Assembly: GCA_965223325.1 (NCBI GenBank)
Contig: CBDCWI010000002.1
Span: forward strand, 1,664,001 to 1,728,000
Reading direction: 5' to 3'
Length of the DNA stretch: 64,000 nucleotides
Source of the DNA: Candidatus Multivoradales bacterium
Lineage (GTDB): Bacteria; Acidobacteriota; Thermoanaerobaculia; Multivoradales; Multivoraceae
The notes beneath the pieces were generated by a model, which was not told the DNA's origin, searched no databases, and was given only the letters and a program-made list of their open reading frames with translations. A program made the translations under genes and the position numbers. The first letter of the stretch is position 1. Each line of letters begins with the position of its first letter. Positions 40,052 through 50,591 of this stretch are shown piece by piece.

Positions 40052-41182
40052 ATGATTCCCACCCGGCGCTACATTGAACGTGCGGTCCTGGGCGACCTCG
40101 AGGGTCGCATGGTTTTCGTGGCGGGGCCGCGACAGGTCGGCAAGACCACCTTCTCCCTCGCTCTTCAAGGGGAGACTTTGGGCTACCTCAACTGGGACAT
40201 CGCCGAGGACCGCGAGTCGATTCTCGAAGGCGTCTTTCCGCCATCAGAACTGTGGGTTCTTGATGAGATCCACAAGTACTCGCGCTGGCGGGACCTACTC
40301 AAGGGCCTGTGGGATGCGCGGGTTCGCCGGGAAGAAGCGGGCCGTCGAATCCTCGTCACCGGAAGTGCCCGCCTCGACTTCTATCGCTCCTCCGGCGATT
40401 CTCTACAAGGCCGCTACTTTCTCCATCGCCTTCACCCTTTTTCCGTCGGTGAACTCGGTCTCCAGACACCAACCGAGCTCGAGGACTTGCTACTTCTCGG
40501 CGGCTTTCCGGAGCCCTGGTTTGGAGGCAGCGAGCGGAAGGCCAGGCGGTGGTCCACCTCATATCGCGAACTCCTGATTCACGAGGAGGTGGGCGCCCTG
40601 GAAAATGTGCGCGATCTCGGCCAGCTCGAGCTGTTGATGCTGCGACTGCCGGCCCTCGTCGGGTCGACCCTCTCGATCAACGCACTCCACGAGGATCTCC
40701 AGGTCGCTCACAAGACCGTCGAGAGCTGGGTCCAGATCTTCGAGCGCCTCTACGCCATCCATCGGATCGGACCTCTGACGGGCCCGCGGATTCGAGCTCT
40801 GAAGAAGGCGCAGAAGCACTATCACTACGACTGGACCCTCGTGAAAGATGAGGGGCCGCGCTTCGAGAACCTGGTCGCCAACCACCTTCTGAAGTGGATA
40901 CACCATGAAACCGACAGCGAAGGACGTGATCTTGACCTTCGCTACTTCCGCGACAAGGACGGACGGGAGGTCGACTTCGTCGTTACGGAGAAAGACCAAC
41001 CGATCCAACTCATCGAGTGCAAGCTCGCTGACCGCCCAGCCGACAAGAATCTCAGGTACCTCTCTTCGAAGTACCCGAAGGCGGAAGCACTCCAGGTGGC
41101 AGCGCGAGGCCGGCGCGACGCAACAACGGCGGAGGGACTTCGGTTCCTGCCAGCGATCGAATGGCTGAAGCATCTCATCTGA
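40052..41182 (+). CDS. AAA_14 ATPase with DUF4143 domain
   Basis: GPRQVGKTT, LDEIH, VTGSA, SLQGR, GGFPE, FENLV, GREVDFVV..IECK. Confidence 0.9.
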   Translation: MIPTRRYIERAVLGDLEGRMVFVAGPRQVGKTTFSLALQGETLGYLNWDIAEDRESILEGVFPPSELWVLDEIHKYSRWRDLLKGLWDARVRREEAGRRILVTGSARLDFYRSSGDSLQGRYFLHRLHPFSVGELGLQTPTELEDLLLLGGFPEPWFGGSERKARRWSTSYRELLIHEEVGALENVRDLGQLELLMLRLPALVGSTLSINALHEDLQVAHKTVESWVQIFERLYAIHRIGPLTGPRIRALKKAQKHYHYDWTLVKDEGPRFENLVANHLLKWIHHETDSEGRDLDLRYFRDKDGREVDFVVTEKDQPIQLIECKLADRPADKNLRYLSSKYPKAEALQVAARGRRDATTAEGLRFLPAIEWLKHLI

Positions 41183-41417
41183 AGGGAACGCGCGGATGCG
41201 CAGCGCACGGTCGGGGCTAGGTTTGGCGACATTGTCAACGTCGGTCGAAAGTCTCCCATTAGTGGCAGTCAACGAATGCACACTCCCTGCCACGGGTGAC
41301 CGGTGGCTAGCGGCCAAGAGTCATCTACGAATCGGGCTACATTGGGGGGTCGGGCGAGGCGTAGCCCTGCGCCACGCCTTTCAGAACCTGCACCGGGGGC
41401 TCCTGGGGGCCGTCGAG

Positions 41418-44030
41418 TCAGTCTAGTTCGGCCAGTGCGCGCTCCACCTCCGCTAGCAGCTCGGTTCGCCGGTCATCCTCGGGTTGGGTCAGCAAGAGAG
41501 CACGCCCGTTTTCGAGGAGGTGTTGTGCTTCGGCGTTGCGACCCTGCTCGGCGAGCACCAGACCCAGGCGCGACATGGCGCGCGCGGGTGGTCCTTCTGT
41601 TCCCGCCAGCTGAAAAATTCGCAGAGCCTCCCGCAGCGGCGCTTCGGCCTCGACGAAACGCTCTTGCTCTGCTTCCAGGGCGCCGAGTTCGTAAAGGGCG
41701 ATGGCAACCCTTGGGTGGTCCGGCCCACCAGCGTCGACAAGCGCCTGGGCAGCGCGCCGGAACCCCTTCCGGGCCTCGTCGATCTGGCCGCCCGCGGCCT
41801 TGACCTGAGCCAACCAGTACTCCGCAGGACCGCGAAAGGGGTTCGGTCCAGGGAAGGTCTGGTCGATGATCTCCTGAGCTTCAGTGAGCCGCTGAGCGGC
41901 CTCGCGGTAACGCCCTGCCATGAAGAGGGTTCGCCCGTGATTGGAAAGGACCACCATCAAATCTCGATGGCGCCCACTGTGCACCTCGGTGAGAATCGCG
42001 GCTGCCCGATGGTGGAGGTCATCGGCTTCCTCGAACTGACCGTTGGAAGCCAGGGCCATGGCGAGATTGTCGTAGGCGTTGGCGGTCTGCCAGTGACTAT
42101 CACCGAAAATGTGCTCCTGCCCCTCAACCACTCTTCGGTAGAGGGCTAGCGACTCGTCACGGCGGTCGAGTAGGTCGAGCAGGTGGGCCAGGTCGCTCAA
42201 CGCGCTTATGGTCGATGGATGGCGAGTACCAAGTTCGGTCTCGAGAACAGCCAGCGCTTCGCGCGCGAGCGGCTCGGCAGCAACCGGATCGCCCGAGCTG
42301 GCCAGAACACCCGCGAGAGCGGAAAGGGCGCGGGCGCGCAACTCTGAACGATCTCCAGCGGCCTTCTGGGCGGCAGTTGTAGCTAGCTCTCCCAGCGGCA
42401 CGCCATCTCTGTAGCGCCCCTCCTCCCACCGGAGTTCGGTGAGCTGGATCAGAGTTTCGGCTTCGGCGCGATCGTCGCCAAGTTGGCGAAACAGCTCAAG
42501 GGCCTTCTCGAGAGATGCCGATGCCTCCTCGTAGTCGCCTTTCTGGGTTCGGGCCGTACCGAGTTCAAAGAGGGTCTCGCCGACCTCGAACGATGCTTCC
42601 GAGTAGTGCTCGCGCCTGGAAGCAAGCGCCTGCTCCAGATGTCCAATGCCTTCCTCGAAAAGGCCAAGACTCACGTACACCCTGCCAATCGTGTGGTAGA
42701 GCTCGCTGGCGACCTCTGGGTGGCCTTCGAGTTCGTCGTCGATCTGCGCAGCTCCCTCGTCGAGCAGCTCACGGGCGGTCACGCTTTCGCCGGGCCGTTC
42801 GGTTGGATCGGCAACGGAAAAGAGATCGACTAGAAACCTCGAGACGCGGTGCGCTACCTCGGCCTCCTTCTGCGCCAACCGTTCCGCATCGCGCGCCTTG
42901 AGCATGCCAAACGTCGTGCCTGCGACGGCAGCGATCAACAAGGTCAAGAGCGAGATCGAAGCGGTAGCCGCGAGGCGATGGCGACGGACGAACTTCTTGG
43001 TGCGGTAGAGCAGACTGGGTGGGCTAGCCTCGACGGGCTCCTGGCGCAGGTACCGACCGAGGTCGGCGGCCAGTTCCAGCGGAGAGCCATAGCGGCGTGA
43101 ACGCTCCTTGGCGAGCGCCTTCATAGTGATGGCGTCGAGATCGCCGCGAAGCGTCCGCACCAGTGTCGCCGAGTCGACTCGTCGCTTCTGTGCCGAGACC
43201 TCCGAACCTTCGGCAAGCGTCGACAGTCGAGAGCTCGGCTTGTCGGGATCTTCCTCGCGCAGAACCCGGCGCAACTCGTCGAAGTCGAGGCGGCGAAGAT
43301 CTTCTGGGTCGTAGGGCCGCGCCCCGACAAGTAACTCATAGAGAACGACACCAAGGGCGTAGACGTCGGTGCGGGTGTCGATGTCCCGCCCGGTCGGATC
43401 GGCCTGTTCGGGGCTCATATAGGCCGGCGTTCCGATCCATTGCCCGAGCTCGGTATACAAGGTCTTCTCCGTCAGGCGCACCGCGGTTGCCTTGGCTACG
43501 CCGAAGTCGATGATCTTTGGCATCGGGCGGTCATTCTCTACCTGAACCAGAATGTTCGAGGGCTTGAGATCGCGGTGAATGACCCCCTTCTGGTGTGCGT
43601 GCTGTACGCCCTCGCAGGCCTGCATCAAGAGCTCGATGCGCTGCTCGGTCTTGAGCCGTTGGTCGTCACAATAGTCGGTGATGGCCCGGCCGTCGACGTA
43701 CTCCATCGCAAAGTAGGGCCGTCCGCCCCCGGTCTCTCCTGCCTCGAAGACCTTGGCGATTGCCGTGTGGTTCATGAGTGCGAGGGCCTGGCGCTCCGAC
43801 TCGAAGCGGGCGATGATGGCGCGAGTGTCCATCCCACGCTTGATCACCTTGACGGCGACACGACGCTTGACGGGTTCGGTCTGTTCGGCGAGGAACACCT
43901 CACCCATGCCGCCCTCACCGATTCTCTCGAGGACCTTGTACGGCCCGACGCGTTCCGGGGCGTTTTGTCTTCGCACCGCGTCCCAGGTGTCGATCTGGCT
44001 CTCACGCTTCGTCACTACGAGAGGCAGCAT
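41418..44030 (-). CDS. Hanks-type Ser/Thr kinase with TM helix and C-terminal TPR array
   Basis: GEGGMGEV, VAVK, HRDLKPSN, IIDFG, GTPAYMSPEQ; TM after FVRRHR; kinesin-light-chain-like TPRs. Confidence 0.92.
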   Translation of the reverse strand: MLPLVVTKRESQIDTWDAVRRQNAPERVGPYKVLERIGEGGMGEVFLAEQTEPVKRRVAVKVIKRGMDTRAIIARFESERQALALMNHTAIAKVFEAGETGGGRPYFAMEYVDGRAITDYCDDQRLKTEQRIELLMQACEGVQHAHQKGVIHRDLKPSNILVQVENDRPMPKIIDFGVAKATAVRLTEKTLYTELGQWIGTPAYMSPEQADPTGRDIDTRTDVYALGVVLYELLVGARPYDPEDLRRLDFDELRRVLREEDPDKPSSRLSTLAEGSEVSAQKRRVDSATLVRTLRGDLDAITMKALAKERSRRYGSPLELAADLGRYLRQEPVEASPPSLLYRTKKFVRRHRLAATASISLLTLLIAAVAGTTFGMLKARDAERLAQKEAEVAHRVSRFLVDLFSVADPTERPGESVTARELLDEGAAQIDDELEGHPEVASELYHTIGRVYVSLGLFEEGIGHLEQALASRREHYSEASFEVGETLFELGTARTQKGDYEEASASLEKALELFRQLGDDRAEAETLIQLTELRWEEGRYRDGVPLGELATTAAQKAAGDRSELRARALSALAGVLASSGDPVAAEPLAREALAVLETELGTRHPSTISALSDLAHLLDLLDRRDESLALYRRVVEGQEHIFGDSHWQTANAYDNLAMALASNGQFEEADDLHHRAAAILTEVHSGRHRDLMVVLSNHGRTLFMAGRYREAAQRLTEAQEIIDQTFPGPNPFRGPAEYWLAQVKAAGGQIDEARKGFRRAAQALVDAGGPDHPRVAIALYELGALEAEQERFVEAEAPLREALRIFQLAGTEGPPARAMSRLGLVLAEQGRNAEAQHLLENGRALLLTQPEDDRRTELLAEVERALAELD

Positions 44031-44420
44031 ACCGCTCGCCGGACGAGCTGCTGTGAGCACGGCGGCACGAAGAACCTGTCCCTACTCATGACGCACCCGG
44101 AGATCGATGGATTTGCGCCGGTTTCGTGCGGCGATGCCGCGCACGGTCGGGGAAAAGTTTGGCAGCGTGGAGTGTCGAAGGGCGGCCCTGCGCTCCAAAC
44201 CGCGCGACACTGCCCCAGCACCGGCCGCTCGTTCCCATCAAGGCCATTCATCATCTGCACCGCAGGCCACGCGGGCCGTCAGGGACCGTCTCGTGCCCTG
44301 GGCCAACGCCCTTCGAAGTGAATTGCGTGTACCGGGTCGTTCGGGGGTCCGAAGGCTCTGGGCGCGGTACAAAACACCCTGCAGCCCTGAAGCCGGTTCG
44401 TGCCCTTGTAGGCTCGCACC

Positions 44421-45449
44421 ATGCCACTCCAGTCCCTTCTGGACGACCTGGTCGGTAAACCGCTCCATTCCGGCGCGACCCTGTCTGTCTACCGCGCCAG
44501 TGACGGTTTCGAATTCGCAGGCGGCGCCGGCGACCTCGACCCGGATACGCCCTACTTCGTCGCCTCGGTAACCAAGATCTACCTGACCGCCCTGTGCCTC
44601 CAGCTACTCGAGGAAGGTCGCCTGGAGCTCGACGACCCGCTGTCTGAACACCTCGACGAGTCGGACTGGCGCGGCCTGCACCAGCGACGGGGAGTCGACC
44701 GCAGCGACCAGATCACCGTTCGCCACCTGTTGACGCACACCAGTGGGCTGCCGGACTACTTCCAACAGAAGCACGACGGCCGGAGCCTGCTGGCCAGGAT
44801 CCAGAGTGGCGAAGACTGCGAATGGAGCTTCGAGCAGGTCCTTCTATGGTCAAGAGAAATGAGGGCGCGGTTCCCACCCGGGCATCGCCAGCGGGCGTAC
44901 TACTCAGACACCAACTTTCAGCTGCTCGGCAAGATCCTCGAGAACCGCGACGAGCGTCCCCTTGCTGAGATCCTCGCGAGCCGAATCTTTGAGCCCCTCG
45001 GCCTGGAGCAGACCTGGCTCTACGTCGATCCGTCAGACCGCCGGCCCGCCGCGATTCGATTCCGCCAGCAGGCACTCGACATCAGAAAAGCAATGACGAG
45101 CTTTCGAGGCGACGGCTCGATCGTGTCGACCGCACGGGATTCGATGTGCTTCGCACGCGCCTTCTTCGAGGGCCGACTGTTCAGTGCAGAACGGTTACCG
45201 AACCTCTACACCTGGCGGCGCATCTTCTTTCCCTTCCAGTACGGCGTCGGCGTCATGCGGATCGCCTTGCCTCGGCTCTTCTCACCCTTCGCTCCGCTAC
45301 CCCGCCCGATCGGCCACAGCGGGCTCTCGGGAGCGTTCGCGTTCTACGACCCACAACAACAGGTCTACGTCACCGGCACGGTCAATCAATTGGCGCGTCC
45401 GGACACCTCGGTGCGGCTGATCACAAAGATCCTGACAGCCGACTGGTAG
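44421..45449 (+). CDS. Serine hydrolase, beta-lactamase/AmpC-like family
   Basis: ASVTK (SxxK), LLTHTSGL, YSDTNF, GHSG. Confidence 0.88.
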   Translation: MPLQSLLDDLVGKPLHSGATLSVYRASDGFEFAGGAGDLDPDTPYFVASVTKIYLTALCLQLLEEGRLELDDPLSEHLDESDWRGLHQRRGVDRSDQITVRHLLTHTSGLPDYFQQKHDGRSLLARIQSGEDCEWSFEQVLLWSREMRARFPPGHRQRAYYSDTNFQLLGKILENRDERPLAEILASRIFEPLGLEQTWLYVDPSDRRPAAIRFRQQALDIRKAMTSFRGDGSIVSTARDSMCFARAFFEGRLFSAERLPNLYTWRRIFFPFQYGVGVMRIALPRLFSPFAPLPRPIGHSGLSGAFAFYDPQQQVYVTGTVNQLARPDTSVRLITKILTADW

Positions 45450-45495
45450 ACCCGCTTCCACCGCGGCTCCCGCTCACTACGACCAGAAGCAGAAG

Positions 45496-45519
45496 GGGCC
45501 GGTCCCGAAGGACCGGCCC
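45496..45519 (-). terminator. Intrinsic terminator hairpin
   Basis: GGGCCGGTCC-CGAA-GGACCGGCCC (UUCG loop on the minus strand) followed by a pyrimidine tract on the minus strand; between convergent genes. Confidence 0.75.
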
Positions 45520-45574
45520 GCGATCGCCGGCTACACCGGCCAGGACCCCTCAATCGAGAGGGCCCGCGCCGCGG

Positions 45575-46918
45575 CTACTCGCCGCCTGCCGCTCCTTTGG
45601 CCTCCTGGGCCTCGCGGTACTCACGCATCTTCTTCATCTGCTCGCGCATCGCCGGCGGCACCGAGTGGGTCGGCATGTCGACCTGCTCTGCCTTGTCGAC
45701 GTAGCTGTAGTCCATGAACCCGATCATCATCTCGTCGGTGGTTTTCTCACCCCAGGTGACGGTGATCGTTGGGTCGGGGTTGGCTACGTTGTTCGCCGAG
45801 TTATCGAACGCCGCGAGGACCTTGACCGTTGTACCGGCCTCGAGCTCGAGCGGCTCGGGCGGCGTGTAGGTCAGCTGCCAGTTGAAGTCGTAGTTGGGAA
45901 CGTCGAGGAGGACCTCTTCTTTGCCATCGGGATAGACGGCCGTGAACTTCATCGACTTGCCGCGTAGGTGCATGTGCGGGGTGAAGTTGAAGAGCAGCGC
46001 ATCGTGCTCGAAGGTGAACTCAGAAGCCGACAGGTAGTTCTCTTCGCCGGGCGGAATATTGAGAACCGGATCGACCACCCACATGGTGGTCAGCTTGTTC
46101 TCCACGTCGCCATCGTAGAACTTGAAACCCACAGAGGTCTGGTCGATCCCACCGGTACCGGGACCCGGGTCCTTGTGGTAGTGCATCTGGAAGAAGATCG
46201 AGCTGTTGGCGGGAAGGAGCTTGCCGAAGCCTTCGCGATAGACCATCGGCACGACGCCGGGAGCCCAGCCGCCGATGTAGTCCATGTCCATGCGACCGGC
46301 ACCCTGGATGCTCTCGAGCGTTGCGTCCCCAGGAGCGAGGTAGGTGAGGTTGTGATGTGCACCTGCCATGAACGAGGGCCGGATCTCAACCGCCTGAATC
46401 CAACGGTCTTCGTCGAGCGTGTTGTCGACCTTCACCCATTCGTAGTGGTCTTCCATCTCGTCGGTGACCTCGAAAGGCGCCATGGTGACGATCAGGTCGG
46501 GCTCGCCCATGCGCCAGGTCGACTCGAAGGTCGGAACAGGCGGCGCCTTGGCAAGGTCGCCAGCCGGTGCACCAGCCTCGACCCAACGCGTAATGGTCTC
46601 GATGTCTTCATCGCTCAGACGCGGATCCTCGAGGAACTCGCCGTGGGCCGGATCGGCAAACCAGGGTGGCATGCTGCGCTCGGTGACGGTCTTGCGAATC
46701 GACTTCGCCCAGGGACGTGCCTCGGCGTAGGAGAGGAGCGACATCGGCGCGACCTGGTCGGGACGGTGGCAGGTGACGCAGTTGTCGTAGAGAATCGACG
46801 CAACCTCACCGGACCAGGTGGCCTGATCGACGTCAGCGTTGTTGTTGTTGGACGCGGCGATCGGAGCCAACGCGACCAGCGCGAGAATCAAAGCGAGAAA
46901 GAGCGATCTCTTGAGCAT
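45575..46918 (-). CDS. Exported c-type heme plus copper type II monooxygenase-like protein
   Basis: Signal peptide; CVTCH heme motif; AHHN, QMHYH, PHMHLRG, DEMM copper-ligand-like motifs; YDFNWQ. Confidence 0.8.
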   Translation of the reverse strand: MLKRSLFLALILALVALAPIAASNNNNADVDQATWSGEVASILYDNCVTCHRPDQVAPMSLLSYAEARPWAKSIRKTVTERSMPPWFADPAHGEFLEDPRLSDEDIETITRWVEAGAPAGDLAKAPPVPTFESTWRMGEPDLIVTMAPFEVTDEMEDHYEWVKVDNTLDEDRWIQAVEIRPSFMAGAHHNLTYLAPGDATLESIQGAGRMDMDYIGGWAPGVVPMVYREGFGKLLPANSSIFFQMHYHKDPGPGTGGIDQTSVGFKFYDGDVENKLTTMWVVDPVLNIPPGEENYLSASEFTFEHDALLFNFTPHMHLRGKSMKFTAVYPDGKEEVLLDVPNYDFNWQLTYTPPEPLELEAGTTVKVLAAFDNSANNVANPDPTITVTWGEKTTDEMMIGFMDYSYVDKAEQVDMPTHSVPPAMREQMKKMREYREAQEAKGAAGGE

Positions 46919-47256
46919 TTTCGTTTCCTGTGTTGGAGGTTCGGCGCTGGCGCCGCGGGGATGGTCGAACGGCGATCGGTGTCGAGCGGGCGGGAAGCAG
47001 GCCGGCGATGAGGCTTTCCCCTCGCGCCGTACAGAGAGGGTGGATTCCCCGATTCGGCGCCGCCAAGCGGGCGGTAAAGCCTCGCTGATGAGCCGCTACG
47101 CCGGTCCATTGTTTCACAGAACTGGCCGATTGGCCTATACCCCTCGAAACCCGTTCCAGAACGCACTTTCAGGGGGTCCATTCCCCACCTCGCACCGGTG
47201 CACCGAGATACTCTCTCGGAATGCATCCATCGAGGCCTGGCCCACCGAACTGGCCC

Positions 47257-48084
47257 ATGCGGGCGCGATTCAGGAGACCACGAAAGGCTCCCGGCAGCTT
47301 GCTGCCCGTCGCGACCGTCCTTGCTCTCGTGATCCTCGCGTGCCAACCGTCCAGCCCGCCGGCTGCTGGCGAAGCGGCCGCTCCCGCCCGAGAATCTGCA
47401 GGCGACTCGACGGCCGACTGGCAGACGCCGCTTCTGGTGGACGAGGACTTCGACCCGGCGACCCCTCTGCGGGCCGGGTTTCTGGTCGTCGATGGGGTCT
47501 TCAACTCGGAGTTGATGGCGCCCTACGACATTTTCCACCACACGCCACCGCACACAGCACCGGCCGCAGGCATCGAGGTCTTCGTCGTCTCACCTGACGG
47601 CAAGCCAATCACGACCTACGAGGGCCTCGAGATCGCTGCGCACCACTCGTTCGCTAGCGCACCTCCGATCGACATTCTCGTCGTGGCGAGTGCCGAACAC
47701 TCGATGGATAGCGATCTCGAGAACCAGGAGATGCTCGACTGGGTCGCCAGGGTCAGCCGCGAAGCACGCTACGTGCTCTCGCTCTGCGACGGGGCGTTCG
47801 TACTCGCTGCGGCGGGTGTGCTCGACGGCCGTGCCGTGACGACTTTTCCCGGCGACCTCGACCGCTTTGAAGAGAGGTTTCCGCATCTCGACGTCAGGCG
47901 GGGCGTCTCCTTCGTTCACGACCGCAACACCATCACGTCGTCCGGCGGGTCGCTCTCCTACGATCCCGCGATCTATCTCGTCGCTCATCTCTACGGAGAC
48001 GAGGCCGCCCAGCGCGTCGGCACGGGTCTCTTGATCGACTGGCCACCCGGCGACCTCCAGGCGACCCTCTTGCCCGAGGGATGA
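47257..48084 (+). CDS. DJ-1/PfpI family protein, probable lipoprotein
   Basis: Lipobox ILAC; NSELMAPYD; SLCDGAFVLAAAGVLDG. Confidence 0.8.
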   Translation: MRARFRRPRKAPGSLLPVATVLALVILACQPSSPPAAGEAAAPARESAGDSTADWQTPLLVDEDFDPATPLRAGFLVVDGVFNSELMAPYDIFHHTPPHTAPAAGIEVFVVSPDGKPITTYEGLEIAAHHSFASAPPIDILVVASAEHSMDSDLENQEMLDWVARVSREARYVLSLCDGAFVLAAAGVLDGRAVTTFPGDLDRFEERFPHLDVRRGVSFVHDRNTITSSGGSLSYDPAIYLVAHLYGDEAAQRVGTGLLIDWPPGDLQATLLPEG

Positions 48085-49307
48085 CATCAGAGGAGATCAG
48101 TGAGGTGTCGCCGGACGCCGCCGTGCCGTCCCACCGCGCGCTCGTCTTGAACGCCGGCAGGACCAGAATCGAGATCCAGCCCCAACCTCCTGTCGGGCCA
48201 GGAGAGCTTCTGCTCGAGGTCCTGGCCTGTGGTTTGTGCGGAACGGATCTCTACAAGCTCGACCGCGCTGCGCGTGCGGCGGCCGAAGGCAGAGACGGAC
48301 CGCTGCCTGACGGTACCGTTCTGGGCCACGAAGTCGTCGGCCGCGTGATCGCCGTTGGCGAACCCCACGACAATCGCTTCGCGCTCGGCGACCGCTGCGT
48401 CGTTCCACACCACCTCGCCTGCGGCGCCTGTCGACTCTGTCGCCTGGGCAGCGAAACGCGCTGCGAGACGTTTCTCGAGCAACGCCTTGAACCGGGCGGC
48501 TTCGCCGACGTTCTCCGCGTTGACCGAGAGGCTACGGCGCGTAGCGCGCGCCGGGTACCACCGTCGATGAGCAACGAGGACGCTTGCCTGCTAGAACCCG
48601 CGGCATGCGTGTTGAGGGCCATCGAGCGCTCGGGGCTCTCGAGCACCGACGACGGCACGGTTGCGATTCTCGGCGCCGGCAGCATGGGTCTCTTGCACAT
48701 GCTCTCTCTCGAAGCCTTCAGACCGCGAGCGCGCGTCGTCATGTTTGAACCACAGGCCGTACGTCGCGACTACGCACTCAGCTTCGGGGCTGCCGCTTGC
48801 TACTGCCCGCACGAGCTTCGAGACGGCGGCTCGGCGCGCGCGCTCGCAGCACAATGCGACGTCGTCTTCGATACCGTCGGGGGGATAGAGGCGCTCCGAA
48901 CGGCCCAGCCGCTCCTTCGCCCCGGCGGAACGGTGGTGCTCTTCGCACACGCTGCGCACCCGCCGGAGGATCACGATCCACCCGCCGATCACGGTCCGCC
49001 CATCGACACCCTGCTCAACCGCTTCTTCCACGCCGAACAACGGATCGTCACCAGCTACTCGGGCGCCCTCGGCGAGCAGGAGGCTTGCTGGCAGGCGATG
49101 TGCCGCGCCAGTGACAGCGGGGCTATGACGCAAGCAGGGCCAACACTCAGCCCAGGGCGGCTGGTCACCCATCGCGTCAGCCTCGACGATTTCGCGCGCG
49201 CTCTGGAATTGGCGCGGGAGCCCGAGACGCTCAAAGTCCTGATCGTCCCCGGTGGGGGATCGCCCGTCGATGAGACCCCTGGCGCGTCGGGAGCGCGCGA
49301 AGCATGA
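48081..49307 (+). CDS. Zinc-dependent alcohol dehydrogenase (MDR family)
   Basis: CGLCGTD, GHE, CGACRLCRLGSETRC, GAGSMG. Confidence 0.88.
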   Translation: MTSEEISEVSPDAAVPSHRALVLNAGRTRIEIQPQPPVGPGELLLEVLACGLCGTDLYKLDRAARAAAEGRDGPLPDGTVLGHEVVGRVIAVGEPHDNRFALGDRCVVPHHLACGACRLCRLGSETRCETFLEQRLEPGGFADVLRVDREATARSARRVPPSMSNEDACLLEPAACVLRAIERSGLSSTDDGTVAILGAGSMGLLHMLSLEAFRPRARVVMFEPQAVRRDYALSFGAAACYCPHELRDGGSARALAAQCDVVFDTVGGIEALRTAQPLLRPGGTVVLFAHAAHPPEDHDPPADHGPPIDTLLNRFFHAEQRIVTSYSGALGEQEACWQAMCRASDSGAMTQAGPTLSPGRLVTHRVSLDDFARALELAREPETLKVLIVPGGGSPVDETPGASGAREA

Positions 49308-50410
49308 CTCTCCCCCGTGAGTTTCGGCAGGTGCACCTGCTCGGGCCTGAGCACATCGAGACCAAAACCTGCCCGCTTCCCGCTCCCCGAAGCGGCGAAG
49401 TGATCGTCAGGGTCGAGGCGACGCTGACCTGCGGCACAGATCTCAAGACCTACCGACGGGGCGGTCACCCGACCATGATCGACACCCCCGGTCCCTTCGG
49501 TCATGAAGGTGCCGGCCAGATAAGAGCGACAGCAGACGAAGACTGGCGCGTCGGCGAGCGAGTCGTGGTCTCGAACTCGGCTTCTTGTGGCACCTGCGAG
49601 CGTTGTGCGGACGGGCGCGAGAACCTGTGTAGCCAGCTGCAGTACCTGAACGGTACCTTCGCCGAGTACCTCATCGTGCCCAGTGCATTCGTCGAGCGCG
49701 GGCTACACCGTGTCCCCGAGGGCCTCGACCTGGCGGTGGCGGCGCTGGCCGAGCCCTACGCGTGTGTCTTGCACTGCCTCGACTTGGCACTCGGCGGTCG
49801 GGTTCGCGAGCCAGAGGGGAGCGAAGCGAGGACCAGCGACCCGATCGACGCCCTGGTGCTCGGCCTCGGGTCGATGGGCCTCATGTTGACCGCCGAGCTG
49901 GTGCGCCGCGGTCACCAGGTCGTGTGTGCCGACCCAAACCCCGAGAGACTGAAGCTGGCAGCGAGGGCGGGCGCCACTCGCGTCCTCGAGGTCAGCCGTG
50001 AGGGCGGCGAAGCCAAGCGACTGCGGCCCCTCGCCCAGCGCGGGTTGGAGGGGTTCGATCTGGCGATCGAAGCGACCGGCTCGCCGACCGGCTGGAGCGA
50101 TGCCATTCAGGCGGCGCGTCCGGGCGGAGAGGCGGTCTTCTTCAGTGGCTGTGCGCCGGGAACCCGCCTCGGCCTCGACACCGGCCGGCTGCATTACGGC
50201 GAGCTCACGTTGCGCGGCGTCTACCATCACCGCCCCGAGACCTTCCGGCGAGCCCTCGACTACCTCGCCCAGGGCCACTTGCCCACCGACTTGCTCCTTT
50301 CTGTCCGCCTGCCACTCGACCAGGCCAGCGAGGCTTTTGAGCTCATGAAGGCTCGCCGGGCAATCAAGGTCGTCCTCGAACCATGGGGACCCAACCCGCG
50401 AGGACAGTGA
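49304..50410 (+). CDS. Zinc-dependent alcohol dehydrogenase (MDR family)
   Basis: TCGTD, GHE, CGTCERCADGRENLC, GLGSMG; ATGA overlap with the previous gene. Confidence 0.88.
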   Translation: MTLPREFRQVHLLGPEHIETKTCPLPAPRSGEVIVRVEATLTCGTDLKTYRRGGHPTMIDTPGPFGHEGAGQIRATADEDWRVGERVVVSNSASCGTCERCADGRENLCSQLQYLNGTFAEYLIVPSAFVERGLHRVPEGLDLAVAALAEPYACVLHCLDLALGGRVREPEGSEARTSDPIDALVLGLGSMGLMLTAELVRRGHQVVCADPNPERLKLAARAGATRVLEVSREGGEAKRLRPLAQRGLEGFDLAIEATGSPTGWSDAIQAARPGGEAVFFSGCAPGTRLGLDTGRLHYGELTLRGVYHHRPETFRRALDYLAQGHLPTDLLLSVRLPLDQASEAFELMKARRAIKVVLEPWGPNPRGQ

Positions 50411-50591
50411 CGCACCGCCTTGCGCGATGCGGGCCGAGCGCCCGTGCGAAGCATCGATCAAATAGAATATGAAGGTACCGCCGCCCGGGAGAACCCTCCG
50501 GGGTTCGCTGCCCGCTGCACCGACCTTCCTTGATTGACGCGGCACCGCCCTCCCGGTGGCGGAACCGCCAGTACCCCAGAGGCTCAACCAC

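Noticed and set aside
44421-45449. Antibiotic-resistance beta-lactamase
   Set aside because: No signal peptide and HSG rather than KTG; more likely an esterase or peptidase of the same fold
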